A stretch of DNA of 64,000 bases from an uncultured Ruficoccus sp. (GTDB taxonomy: Bacteria; Verrucomicrobiota; Verrucomicrobiia; Opitutales; Cerasicoccaceae): the NCBI GenBank assembly GCA_965140785.1, contig OZ223481.1, positions 128,001-192,000 of the forward strand, written 5' to 3'. A program made the position numbers and the translations under genes. The notes beneath the pieces are model-generated. The model had not been told where the DNA came from. It saw nothing but the letters and a program-made list of their open reading frames with translations, and made no database searches. Shown here in pieces: positions 9,828-18,810 of this stretch (the stretch's first letter is position 1; each line of letters opens with the position of its first letter).

Positions 9828-10788
9828 AATCGAGAATCTCCTGCGGGCTGACGGTGGCCGTTCCCAGCTTGCCGATGGCGATGCCGGCGGCCCGGTTGGC
9901 CAGGTGCGCGGCCTCCTCGATGGTGGCACCGGCGGCCATAGCCAGAGTGAGGGTGGCGATGACCGTGTCGCCCGCGCCGGAAACGTCGAAAACCTCCCGC
10001 GCCACAGTCGGGATCCGGTGGGCGACCTTACCCTCGTCGCAGACCAGCATGCCGTCCGCTCCGAGCGTGACGACCAGGTGGTGCGGGGCGTAATGCTCGG
10101 CGATGCCCCGGACGACCTCCTCCTCCGGGAACGGATCCTGCGGGTCGATGCTGATCCCGGCCATCTGGAGCGACTCGTCGCGGTTGGGCGTGATCAGGTC
10201 CATGCCCTTGACGTTGAGCTTGCGCTTGGGCTTGGGATCGACCGCGATCAGGCAGTCGGCGTCGCCGCGCAGCTCGATCAGGCGCGAAAGTAACTTCTCG
10301 GTCACCACACCCTTGGCGTAGTCCGAGACGATGACCGCCTTAGCCGCGGCCATCTTCTTCTCCAGGACCGCTAGGCACTCCGCGCTGTCAAAGGCGTAAG
10401 CGCTGCGGTGCGCCTCCCGGTCAATCCGGCAAAGCTGCTGCTGCCGGACCATGACGCGGGTCTTCTCGATCGTGGGGCGCTCGGGGGAGCGCCATTGTTG
10501 GGAAAAAACGATGCCGTTATCGGCCACCACCTTGGCGAGAATGTCGCCGGGCGTGTCCTTCCCCATCCAGCCAAACAGCTCCACCGGCGCGCCGAGCGCC
10601 GCCAAGTTCATGGCGACATTGGCCGCGCCGCCGGCGGTGTACGTGTCGCGCACCTGCGCCACGACCGGTACCGGCGCCTCGGGGGAAATTCGCGTGGCAT
10701 CGCCCCATAAGTAATGGTCGAGCATCAGATCGCCCACCACGAGGACCGGGGTTTCCTTAAAATGGTCTATAAGCTCCTGGCTGGTCAT
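9811..10788 (-). CDS. rfaE1: D-glycero-D-manno-heptose-7-phosphate kinase (RfaE domain I / HldA)
   Basis: GDLMLDHY..G...RISPEAPVPVV, GGAANVA, SDYAKG, TPN and DVSGAGDTV. Confidence 0.92.
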   Translation of the reverse strand: MTSQELIDHFKETPVLVVGDLMLDHYLWGDATRISPEAPVPVVAQVRDTYTAGGAANVAMNLAALGAPVELFGWMGKDTPGDILAKVVADNGIVFSQQWRSPERPTIEKTRVMVRQQQLCRIDREAHRSAYAFDSAECLAVLEKKMAAAKAVIVSDYAKGVVTEKLLSRLIELRGDADCLIAVDPKPKRKLNVKGMDLITPNRDESLQMAGISIDPQDPFPEEEVVRGIAEHYAPHHLVVTLGADGMLVCDEGKVAHRIPTVAREVFDVSGAGDTVIATLTLAMAAGATIEEAAHLANRAAGIAIGKLGTATVSPQEILDYEIPC

Positions 10789-10965
10789 AGGCGTCGATCG
10801 TCGCTTCCCCGGCTGGCCGGGCATGGGCATAAAACGGTCAGCATGGCCATCAAGGCCACAGATTCAAGTCTTTAGAGACGGCCAGATGGACACCAACGGT
10901 TCGTTATGGGTGTAGGCCCCCGCTTACGGAAGCAACGGAGACTAACGGTGCTTGGAACACGCATC

Positions 10966-11028
10966 GGGGTAGCCGCCTTTCTGGCGGCGCAGGGGCGCAG
11001 CCCCTCATTGCCAGCGGGTGCAACCCGC
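10966..11028. repeat. Triple-hairpin REP-like repeat, family A copy 1 (immediately 3' of ugd)
   Basis: Ungapped match to 56866-56928 (52/63 identical by hand count), with a compensatory stem change; starts with GTAG. Confidence 0.85.
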
Positions 11029-12396
11029 CTAGCGTTCGCCGCCCTGGCCGATGCCGTAGGCCTCGAAGCCGATTTCACGCAGCTGAGACAGTGCGAGGAT
11101 ATTGCGGCCGTCGAAGACGAAGGCGGGCTTGAGCATTTCCTGGTAAATCCGCCCCCAGTCCAGCCCCTTGAAGCTGTCCCACTCGGTCAGGATGGCCACG
11201 GCGTGCGCGCCACGGATGGCTGCGTACGGATCGGTGCAGATATCCACGCGCTCATCGTCCTCGCCTAGTCCCAAATCGCGCTGAATCGTGGCCGGATCGA
11301 CCTTGGGGTCGTAAATGGCGAGGTTCGCCTGCTCTTCCAAGAGGTCGCGGCAGACGCTGATGGCAGGCGATTCGCGGGTGTCGTTGGTGTCCTTCTTGAA
11401 GGCAAAGCCGAGGATGGCGATTTTCTTGCCCGAGACGGTATTGAACAGCGTGCTCACCATGCGGTCCACGAAGCGGCGCTTCTGGTGGTCGTTCATGGTT
11501 ACGACCTGCTCCCAGTACTTGGCCACTTCCGGCAGGCCGAAGTGTTCACACAGGTACACCAGGTTCAAAATATCCTTCTGGAAGCACGAGCCGCCGAAAC
11601 CGACCGAGCTGCGCAGGAATTTTGGGCCGATGCGCGAATCCCGCCCGATGGCGTGGGCGACCTCGTCCACGTTGGCGCCAGTGGCCTCGCAGAGGGCCGA
11701 AATGGCGTTGATGGAGGAAATGCGCTGGGCCAGAAAGGCGTTGGCGGTCAGCTTGGACAGCTCCGAGGACCAGACATTCGTCGTGAGAATGCGCTCGCGC
11801 GGCACCCAGCGGGCGTAAACCTCCACCAGCGCCTGCACGGCCTTGTCCCCCTCGGCGGACTCCTCACCGCCGATCAGCACACGGTCGGGCGCGGTCAGGT
11901 CCTCGACGGCGGTCCCTTCGGCCAGAAACTCGGGATTGGAGATGACCTGGAAGTTCAGGTCCTTGCCCGAACCGGCCAGGATACGCCGGATGGACTCGGC
12001 GGTGCGCACCGGCAGGGTCGATTTCTCCACCACAATCTTGTCCGACTCGGCCACCTCGGCGATGCGCCGGGCGCACAGCTCGATGTATTTCAGGTCGGCG
12101 GCGCGGCCCGCGCCCACCCCGTAGGTCTTGGTCGGCGTGTTGACCGACATGAAAATCATATCCGCCTCGCGGATAGCCTGATCCACCTCGGTGCTGAAAA
12201 ACAGGTTCCGCCCGCGGGCCTCCTTGACCACCTCGTCCAGGCCCGGCTCGAACACCGGCAGCTTGTCCGAGTTCCAGGCGTCGATACGCGCCTGGTTAAT
12301 GTCAACAACCGTGACCGGAATGTCCGGGCACTGCTTGGCAATCATGGCCATGGTGGGTCCGCCCACATAACCGGCTCCGATGCAGCAAATCTTCAT
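11029..12396 (-). CDS. ugd: UDP-glucose 6-dehydrogenase
   Basis: [34 protein letters not shown] and [14 protein letters not shown]. Confidence 0.96.
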   Translation of the reverse strand: MKICCIGAGYVGGPTMAMIAKQCPDIPVTVVDINQARIDAWNSDKLPVFEPGLDEVVKEARGRNLFFSTEVDQAIREADMIFMSVNTPTKTYGVGAGRAADLKYIELCARRIAEVAESDKIVVEKSTLPVRTAESIRRILAGSGKDLNFQVISNPEFLAEGTAVEDLTAPDRVLIGGEESAEGDKAVQALVEVYARWVPRERILTTNVWSSELSKLTANAFLAQRISSINAISALCEATGANVDEVAHAIGRDSRIGPKFLRSSVGFGGSCFQKDILNLVYLCEHFGLPEVAKYWEQVVTMNDHQKRRFVDRMVSTLFNTVSGKKIAILGFAFKKDTNDTRESPAISVCRDLLEEQANLAIYDPKVDPATIQRDLGLGEDDERVDICTDPYAAIRGAHAVAILTEWDSFKGLDWGRIYQEMLKPAFVFDGRNILALSQLREIGFEAYGIGQGGER

Positions 12397-12538
12397 AACA
12401 CTTGGGTTTTTCGCAATTGGGGGAAAAGTGCGATGCTCCCCATATCGCCCAAATTGACAATCCTTTAATCCGCCCGGACGGGTGACACCTCCGTTACGAT
12501 GCCCGTCGTCGATAAGTAGGCCCTCGTGTCGTGTTAGC

Positions 12539-12705
12539 CTAGGCCGCGTGGACAAAATACGGAACGAGCAACCGAAGGCGATTTTTGGTCCGAAATTCAG
12601 GCTTCGAAGCGAGGCAATTTGCCGAATTGTCGAGCTGAGGACATGGATTTGGGGCCTAAAAGCGCCAAAGGGGGCGACATGAGCTATTTTGTCCACGTGG
12701 CCTAG
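12539..12705. repeat. ~160-bp palindromic element (MITE-like or structured RNA), copy 1
   Basis: 21-nt inverted arms CTAGGCCGCGTGGACAAAATA / TATTTTGTCCACGTGGCCTAG (1 mismatch); interior colinear with 30762-30919. Confidence 0.85.
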
Positions 12706-12725
12706 TTCCTGATAAAATGCGAATG

Positions 12726-12810
12726 GCCACAAAAGGCACAAATCCGGAACTGGCCTCTCTAGATTCGCGCCTTATCCTGATTTTTTGTGAGTTTTGTGCC
12801 TTTTTGTGGC
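12726..12810. repeat. Inverted repeat GCCACAAAAGGCACAAA / TTTGTGCCTTTTTGTGGC
   Basis: Near-perfect inverted arms about 50 nt apart; the right side has three TTTTGTG units. Confidence 0.7.
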
Positions 12811-12884
12811 TCAAATACATCTTCAATGAACTCAGCTAGCACCACCCCAGTTCAAGATTGCCCCGACCGGGCCGATAACTTCTG

Positions 12885-13718
12885 ATGCCACCCGTGCCGG
12901 ACACGCCCGACATCTCCGTCATCATCCTCACGCTCAACGAGGAGCGCGACCTGCCCGGCTGTCTGGAATCCCTGACCTGGTGCGACGATGTCCATGTGCT
13001 CGACTCGGGTAGCACTGACCGCACCGCGGAGCTGGCCACCGCCGCCGGGGCCACCGTCGCCGTCAACCCTTTCCAGTCCTTCGGCCAGCAGCGCAACTGG
13101 GCGCTCGACCACTGCCCGCTTAAACACGGCTGGGTGCTCTTTCTCGACGCCGACGAGCGCGTCACTCCGGCCATGCTGGCGGAACTGACCGAGAAGACCG
13201 CCCATGCTCCCGACACCATCGCCGGGTATTACTGCTGCTGGGCTCTCATGCTGGGTGAACGCTGGCTCAAGCGCGCCGACAATTTCCCCAAATGGCAATT
13301 CCGCCTGCTGCGGCGGGGCCGGGCGCGCTTCACGGACTTCGGCCACGGCCAGAAGGAGGACCAGGTGGAGGGCGAGATCGGCTATATCAAAGAGCCCTAC
13401 CTGCACTACGCTTTCGGCGGCGGCTGGGAGGTCTGGCAAAAGCGCCACCGCAAATACGCCAAACAGGAAGCCGCCGCCCGGCTGGCCTCCGATGTGCCGC
13501 TCTCCCGCATCTTTTCCCGCCACGCCTCGCAGCGTAACCCCGCCATCAAGCGACTCGTCAGCCGCCTGCCCGGCTGGCCGCTGTTCCGTTTTTCCTACAC
13601 CTATGTCCTGCGCGGCGGCTTCCTCGAAGGCCGCGAAGCCTGGGAGTATTGCCGCCGCTTGGCCTGGTACGAAGCCCTCATCCAACATGAGATGCGGCAA
13701 GTCAGGCACCATTCTTGA
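12885..13718 (+). CDS. Glycosyltransferase family 2
   Basis: ISVIILTLNEE, VLDSGSTDRT, QQRNWAL and WVLFLDADE. Confidence 0.92.
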   Translation: MPPVPDTPDISVIILTLNEERDLPGCLESLTWCDDVHVLDSGSTDRTAELATAAGATVAVNPFQSFGQQRNWALDHCPLKHGWVLFLDADERVTPAMLAELTEKTAHAPDTIAGYYCCWALMLGERWLKRADNFPKWQFRLLRRGRARFTDFGHGQKEDQVEGEIGYIKEPYLHYAFGGGWEVWQKRHRKYAKQEAAARLASDVPLSRIFSRHASQRNPAIKRLVSRLPGWPLFRFSYTYVLRGGFLEGREAWEYCRRLAWYEALIQHEMRQVRHHS

Positions 13719-13799
13719 ACCTGCTTTTTCCAACCCACCGCATGCAATCTGATAATTTTCTTTATTTCAGAAAAAAATGAATATATAGAAATATTAAAA

Positions 13800-14276
13800 A
13801 TGCCCAAAGAAGCGACCGCAATTCTGGAGGAGTGGGAAATCGAGCTGTTGAATATTTTTGTCGGCTTGTTCGACTCGTTTGGTGTGCCCAAATCGGTGGC
13901 GCAGATTTACGGCGTGCTCTTTTGCGCCGAACAACCGCTGACCCAGGAGGAGATTGGCCAGAAGCTCCAGATCAGCGCCGGATCGGCCTCGCAAGGGCTG
14001 CGTTTCCTGGTGGACATCGGAGCCGCGCACAAGCAGTCCACCCCCGGCCAGCGCGGCAGTCAGTTCACCCCCGAACGCTCCATGCGCCGGTTGCTGGGTT
14101 ATTTCATCGATGTAAAAATGCGTCCCCGTATGCGCACCGGCAAGGAACGCCTGGAAACCCTGCGCGACCGGCTGCCCGAAAACGATAAACTCGCTCAAAA
14201 GCGGTTGGAAACGCTTCTTCAGTGGCAGAGCAAGGCCAACAAGCTGCTGCCTGTCATTTCCAAGTTTCTCGGCTAA
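13800..14276 (+). CDS. GbsR/MarR-family transcriptional regulator
   Basis: GVPKSVAQIYGVLF...PLTQEEIGQKLQISAGSASQGLRFL winged HTH; AT-rich upstream region; heads the polysaccharide operon. Confidence 0.82.
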   Translation: MPKEATAILEEWEIELLNIFVGLFDSFGVPKSVAQIYGVLFCAEQPLTQEEIGQKLQISAGSASQGLRFLVDIGAAHKQSTPGQRGSQFTPERSMRRLLGYFIDVKMRPRMRTGKERLETLRDRLPENDKLAQKRLETLLQWQSKANKLLPVISKFLG

Positions 14277-14302
14277 GCCCCCAATTCTTTTCCGCTCATT
14301 TC

Positions 14303-15283
14303 ATGGACAAGTCCCAGCCTATCCTCGTCACCGGCGCCGCCGGATTCATCGGCAGCAAAACCGCCGAACTCCTGCTTGAAGCCGGACACACCGTCGTTGG
14401 CATCGACAATCTCAATGACTACTATGATGTGCGCGTCAAGCAGCACCGGCTCGACCAACTCAAGGGGCGGGAAGGCTTTACCTTTGAGCCGACCGATATC
14501 GAGGACCTGCCCGCCCTGGAGAAACTCTTTGCAGTACACCGCTTCGTCGCCGTCATCAACCTGGCAGCCCGCGCCGGGGTTCGGTACAGCATGGAGAACC
14601 CGCACGTCTACATGACGACCAACGCCCACGGCACCCTCAACCTGCTGGAGTGCATGAAGGACCACGGGGTGAAAAAATTCGTCCTGGCCTCGACCTCCTC
14701 ACTCTACGCGGGCCAGCCCATGCCCTTTGTCGAGACGCTACCGGTCAATACGCCGATCTCCCCCTACGCCGCCTCTAAAAAAGCCGCCGAAACCATGGCC
14801 TACACCTACCATCACCTCTATGGTATCGACGTGACCGTGCTTCGCTATTTCACGGTCTTCGGTCCGGCGGGCCGCCCGGACATGTCCATCCTGCGCTTTA
14901 TCAAGTGGATCGACGAAGGCACCCCGATCGAGCTTTTTGGTGACGGCTCCCAAAGCCGCGACTTCACCTACGTGGACGATATCGCCCGCGGCACCATCGC
15001 CGCGCTCAAGCCCCTCGGCTACGAGATTATTAACCTCGGCGGCGGCAACAACCCCATCTCGATCAACGCCATGATCGAATGTTTCGAGCAGCACCTGGGC
15101 AAAAAAGCCACCATCGACCACAAGCCCTTCCACAAGGCCGACATGAAGGAAACCTGGGCCAATATCGACAAAGCCAAATCCCTCCTCGGCTGGACCCCCA
15201 AAATCGACCCCTTCGAAGGCTTCCGCCGCAGCGTCGAGTGGCACCGTGAGAACCGCGAGTGGGTAAGCGATATTCAGCTATGA
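14303..15283 (+). CDS. NAD-dependent epimerase (UDP-glucuronate 4-epimerase-like)
   Basis: VTGAAGFIG, IDNLNDYYD, LAARAGVRYS, YAASKKA, GPAGRPDM and RDFTYVDD. Confidence 0.9.
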   Translation: MDKSQPILVTGAAGFIGSKTAELLLEAGHTVVGIDNLNDYYDVRVKQHRLDQLKGREGFTFEPTDIEDLPALEKLFAVHRFVAVINLAARAGVRYSMENPHVYMTTNAHGTLNLLECMKDHGVKKFVLASTSSLYAGQPMPFVETLPVNTPISPYAASKKAAETMAYTYHHLYGIDVTVLRYFTVFGPAGRPDMSILRFIKWIDEGTPIELFGDGSQSRDFTYVDDIARGTIAALKPLGYEIINLGGGNNPISINAMIECFEQHLGKKATIDHKPFHKADMKETWANIDKAKSLLGWTPKIDPFEGFRRSVEWHRENREWVSDIQL

Positions 15284-16086
15284 GTGAGCGAAGCAACATT
15301 TTCAGTCTGCCGAAGCGGGCTCTGAATCGCCTGACACGCGATAGCCAACTTCTATTCGCACGACTTGAACATAAAATCCGGCCTGAAAAGGCTTGCCACA
15401 TTGCCATCTGTGGCTTTCCCCGCGCCGGCACCTCCGTGCTCTTCAACATGCTCGCCTCGACCATGAAGGGTTTCAATAACCTGGGCCGGGAGACTGGCGC
15501 ACTTGCTGTGTTGAACCGTAGGGGTAACTGGATCACCAAGCAGCCCAACGATATATTTCATATCGGCAAAATCGCGGCCCAAAATTTCAGGGCTAAGAAA
15601 GTTCTGGTCATCGCCCTGTACCGGGATCCTAGCGACTCCATTACCTCCGTACACAGACTGCTGCCCGACGATTACTACATGGGCTACGATAAGAGAGGAT
15701 TCGACCAGTGCGGACTGGGGGAAATCTACAATGCCTACAAAAAGGCGATCGACCATCCCCCCGCCGGAGTCGACTTCCTCACTTTCTCTTACGAAGAACT
15801 CTGTGGAGCCCCGTCACGCCTGCAGGCGGAAATAACCCGTCGACTACAGGCCGAGTTCAGCGCCGACATGAAGGATTTCTATAAGTCTGGCGGTCAGATG
15901 GCCTATAAGTCCGGCGAAAGAGCCGAAAAGATCGCCGCCGGTCCCCTCGTCAAAGAACGACTCGGGAAATGGAAAAAGCCCGAGCGCATCCGCTCTCAGT
16001 TCACCCAGTTCCCCGAACTCTTCGCCATGGTAGAGGAGCTGGGCTACGAAAAAGACAGGGACTGGTTCGACACCTACCGTACCTGA
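15280..16086 (+). CDS. Sulfotransferase-family protein
   Basis: CGFPRAGTS (5'-PAPS-binding loop), YRDPSDSITS (3'-PB motif), SYEEL and GKWK; ATGA-coupled to the epimerase. Confidence 0.75.
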   Translation: MSERSNIFSLPKRALNRLTRDSQLLFARLEHKIRPEKACHIAICGFPRAGTSVLFNMLASTMKGFNNLGRETGALAVLNRRGNWITKQPNDIFHIGKIAAQNFRAKKVLVIALYRDPSDSITSVHRLLPDDYYMGYDKRGFDQCGLGEIYNAYKKAIDHPPAGVDFLTFSYEELCGAPSRLQAEITRRLQAEFSADMKDFYKSGGQMAYKSGERAEKIAAGPLVKERLGKWKKPERIRSQFTQFPELFAMVEELGYEKDRDWFDTYRT

Positions 16087-16123
16087 TCCTCTCCAGTATT
16101 TTTCGCCTAAAACTATACGACGT

Positions 16124-16525
16124 ATGTTACTTAAAAAAAATTCCCGCCGACTCAAGCGGTTGCTCTTCCCCCGGAAACGTAACGGTGAAGGCCCTCCCGC
16201 CTCCTACCGATCCGTCCAACTGACAACTGAAGGCATTAACGCCGGTGATTATAAAAAGTATCTCGGCGGGGGAGCCGGGCAGTGGGATCAGCGCGGGCAA
16301 TTTCAGTTGGACCTGCTGCGCTCCATAGGTCTCACCCCCACCTCGAAGCTGGCAGACATCGGCTGCGGGCCGCTGCGCGCCGGCCGTTTCTTCATCGAAT
16401 ACCTGGAAGCGGACGGTTACTTCGGCTTCGACTACAACGTCAGCTTCATTGAGGCAGGCAGGGCGATCATCGACGAGCAGGGACTGGTTAACAAGCGGCC
16501 AACCCGCTGCCCATCCTCCTTTTGA
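16124..16525 (+). pseudogene. Truncated class I SAM-dependent methyltransferase
   Basis: LADIGCGPLRAG (motif I) and YFGFDYN (motif II), then a stop after 133 aa with no room for the remaining fold before murA. Confidence 0.6.
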
Positions 16526-16567
16526 AAAAGAACAGCTGAGGCAGCGACACCTAAAAATCTCCGCACC

Positions 16568-17866
16568 ATGAAAAACAAAATCGATCTCTCTGTCATAGGC
16601 GGGCAAGTGCCCTCAGGGGCTGTACCAGTCAGTGGAGCCAAAAATGCGGCAACCCGTCTCATGGCGGCAGGGCTTTTGACCAATGAGCCCGTTATCCTGT
16701 CGAATTTTCCCACCGAGTTGGTAGACGTCGCCCAGAAGGCCCGTTTCATGCGCGCCATCGGCGCCGAATTGGACTTCGACCGCCAGCGCAGTGTACTCAC
16801 CGTCAACGCCCGGGGGACGCAGGACGCTCCCCCCGCAGACTTCGACTTTCCCATCCGTACCACGTACCTTCTGCCTGTCGGTCAATTGGTCCGCTATGGC
16901 CATGCACATATTCCTTACCCCGGTGGATGCAAGCTGGGTGAGCGTAAATACGACCTGCATCTGGAAGTGTGGCGCCAGCTCGGCTGCGATGTCGTCGAGC
17001 GTGAAGATCACATTGAAATAACCGCACGCTCGGGCTCACTGGTCGGCAACGAAATCAACTTCCCCATTACAACGGTCGGGGGCACCGAGAATGCCTTGCT
17101 GTGCGGAGCTGTGGCCCAGGGGACCACAGTCGTCCACAACGCCTATGTGACCCCGGAAGTTTATAACCTGATCGAGCTCCTGCGGCTGATGGGAGCCCAG
17201 ATCCAAATTCAGGGCAGCAGCATGATCACCATCGAAGGTGCCGGTGGGTGCCTGCACGGAGCGACCATTGACGTGATCCCCGACCGCATCGAAGCCCTCA
17301 CCTGGATTATCTACGCCGCCCTGTCCAAAGGCGATATCCTGATCGAGAATGTCCCCTTCGACCTGATGGAAATTCCCCTTCAGCACTTGCGGGCCGCAGG
17401 GCTCGATTACTTCAGCAACAGCCGTTCCGTTTACATCTCCCCGAACTGCTTCAGCACGCACTTCGTGCAGCCGTTCGAGCTGGCTTGCGGCACCCACCCG
17501 GGCATCATTTCGGACATGCAGCCGTTCTACGTGCTGCTGGCCATGTTTGGCGCCGGTAAGAGCCTGATCGTGGACTATCGCTACCCCAAGCGGGTCGCTT
17601 TCCTCGACGAGTTGCTCAAGTTCGCCCCGGGCTCGCTGGAGTGGAAGAGTGAAGATGCCGCCATGATCCGCGTCAACGGACCCGTCCCACTGCGCGGTGC
17701 ACAGGTCAAGTCCACCGACCTGCGCGGCAGCATGACGCTCGTCATGGCCGGACTTCTGGCCCAGGGCAAGAGCATCATCCACGACGTCGGGATGGCCCTG
17801 CGTGGCTACAATCTGATGGAACAGAAGCTCCGATCCCTCGGCATCGAATTCGAGATCTCGGAATAA
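16568..17866 (+). CDS. murA: UDP-GlcNAc 1-carboxyvinyltransferase homologue (MurA-like) within the polysaccharide cluster
   Basis: SGAKNA, PGGCKLGER (Cys115/Arg120 equivalents), TVGGTEN, PEV, IPDRIEA, SDMQ and TDLRG. Confidence 0.9.
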   Translation: MKNKIDLSVIGGQVPSGAVPVSGAKNAATRLMAAGLLTNEPVILSNFPTELVDVAQKARFMRAIGAELDFDRQRSVLTVNARGTQDAPPADFDFPIRTTYLLPVGQLVRYGHAHIPYPGGCKLGERKYDLHLEVWRQLGCDVVEREDHIEITARSGSLVGNEINFPITTVGGTENALLCGAVAQGTTVVHNAYVTPEVYNLIELLRLMGAQIQIQGSSMITIEGAGGCLHGATIDVIPDRIEALTWIIYAALSKGDILIENVPFDLMEIPLQHLRAAGLDYFSNSRSVYISPNCFSTHFVQPFELACGTHPGIISDMQPFYVLLAMFGAGKSLIVDYRYPKRVAFLDELLKFAPGSLEWKSEDAAMIRVNGPVPLRGAQVKSTDLRGSMTLVMAGLLAQGKSIIHDVGMALRGYNLMEQKLRSLGIEFEISE

Positions 17867-17876
17867 AAACGCGTCC

Positions 17877-18806
17877 ATGCTCGTTCTCCAACAGCAGTTT
17901 CCGAATGCGGTACGGTTTGACGAACCGCTTGCCCCCTACTCCTGGTGGCGTATCGGAGGCAAGGCCGACGCCCTGATCGAGATTCAAAGCGAGGAGCAAC
18001 TGGCCCATGTGCTCAAGAGCCTCCAATCACACAAGCTCGCCTGGTGCCTCATTGGACGAGGCACCAACCTGCTTTTTGACGATGCGGGCTTCCGGGGTTG
18101 CGTGCTGCGGCTGGGCAATGGTTTATCCGACATGAGCTTCGAGGACGACCGACTCACCGCCCAGGCCGGCTGCTGGACGCCCGGCGTGGCCTTGACCTGC
18201 GCCCGCCGCGGGCTTTCCGGAATCGAGCACACCATCGGCATTCCCGCCTCCTTCGGGGGTCTGATCTGCATGAATGGCGGCAGCCAGCGCAAAGGAATCG
18301 GCGACATCACCGAAAGCGTGACCACCCTTGATCCGGAGGGAAACCGCCACACCTACAGCCGAGAGGACTGCGCGTTTTCATACCGTCACAGCCGTTTTCA
18401 AGACAGCGGCGAGATCGTCGTCAGCGCAACCCTCCGGTTCCCAGCCCATCGCCCCTACACGGAACAACGTCCGGAACTGCTCTCCATCCTGCGCGAGCGC
18501 AATCGCAAATTCCCCCGCAAACTCCCAAGCTGCGGCTCGGTTTTCAAGAGCTCCCCGGAACTTTTTTCCGCCTACGGCCCTCCCGGAAAAATCATTGAGG
18601 ACATGGGCTTTAAGGGGAAAACCTGTGGAAACATACAAGTCTCTCCCCGCCATGCCAATTTCATCGTCAACAAGGGCGGCGGCTCTTCCGCTGACGTCCT
18701 GGCACTGGTCAATGAAATCCGTGCAAGCGTCAGGGACAAAACCGGGCTGACCATGCACCCGGAATTCCGCTACGTCCACCCGACGCACGGCATCATCGAA
18801 ATCTGA
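17877..18806 (+). CDS. murB: UDP-N-acetylenolpyruvoylglucosamine reductase homologue (MurB-like)
   Basis: WRIGGKAD, IGRGTNLL, GIPASFGG...MNGG, FSYRHSRF, SCGSVFK and HANFIVN. Confidence 0.92.
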   Translation: MLVLQQQFPNAVRFDEPLAPYSWWRIGGKADALIEIQSEEQLAHVLKSLQSHKLAWCLIGRGTNLLFDDAGFRGCVLRLGNGLSDMSFEDDRLTAQAGCWTPGVALTCARRGLSGIEHTIGIPASFGGLICMNGGSQRKGIGDITESVTTLDPEGNRHTYSREDCAFSYRHSRFQDSGEIVVSATLRFPAHRPYTEQRPELLSILRERNRKFPRKLPSCGSVFKSSPELFSAYGPPGKIIEDMGFKGKTCGNIQVSPRHANFIVNKGGGSSADVLALVNEIRASVRDKTGLTMHPEFRYVHPTHGIIEI

Positions 18807-18810
18807 TCGC

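Noticed and set aside
10860..10960. Recurrent ACGG/AACGG words that might form an array
   Set aside because: Too short and irregularly spaced; not CRISPR-like or iteron-like.
11029..12741. 570-aa version of ugd with a long N-terminal extension
   Set aside because: The extension simply reads through the palindromic element; the family N-terminus MKICCIGAG starts at 12396.
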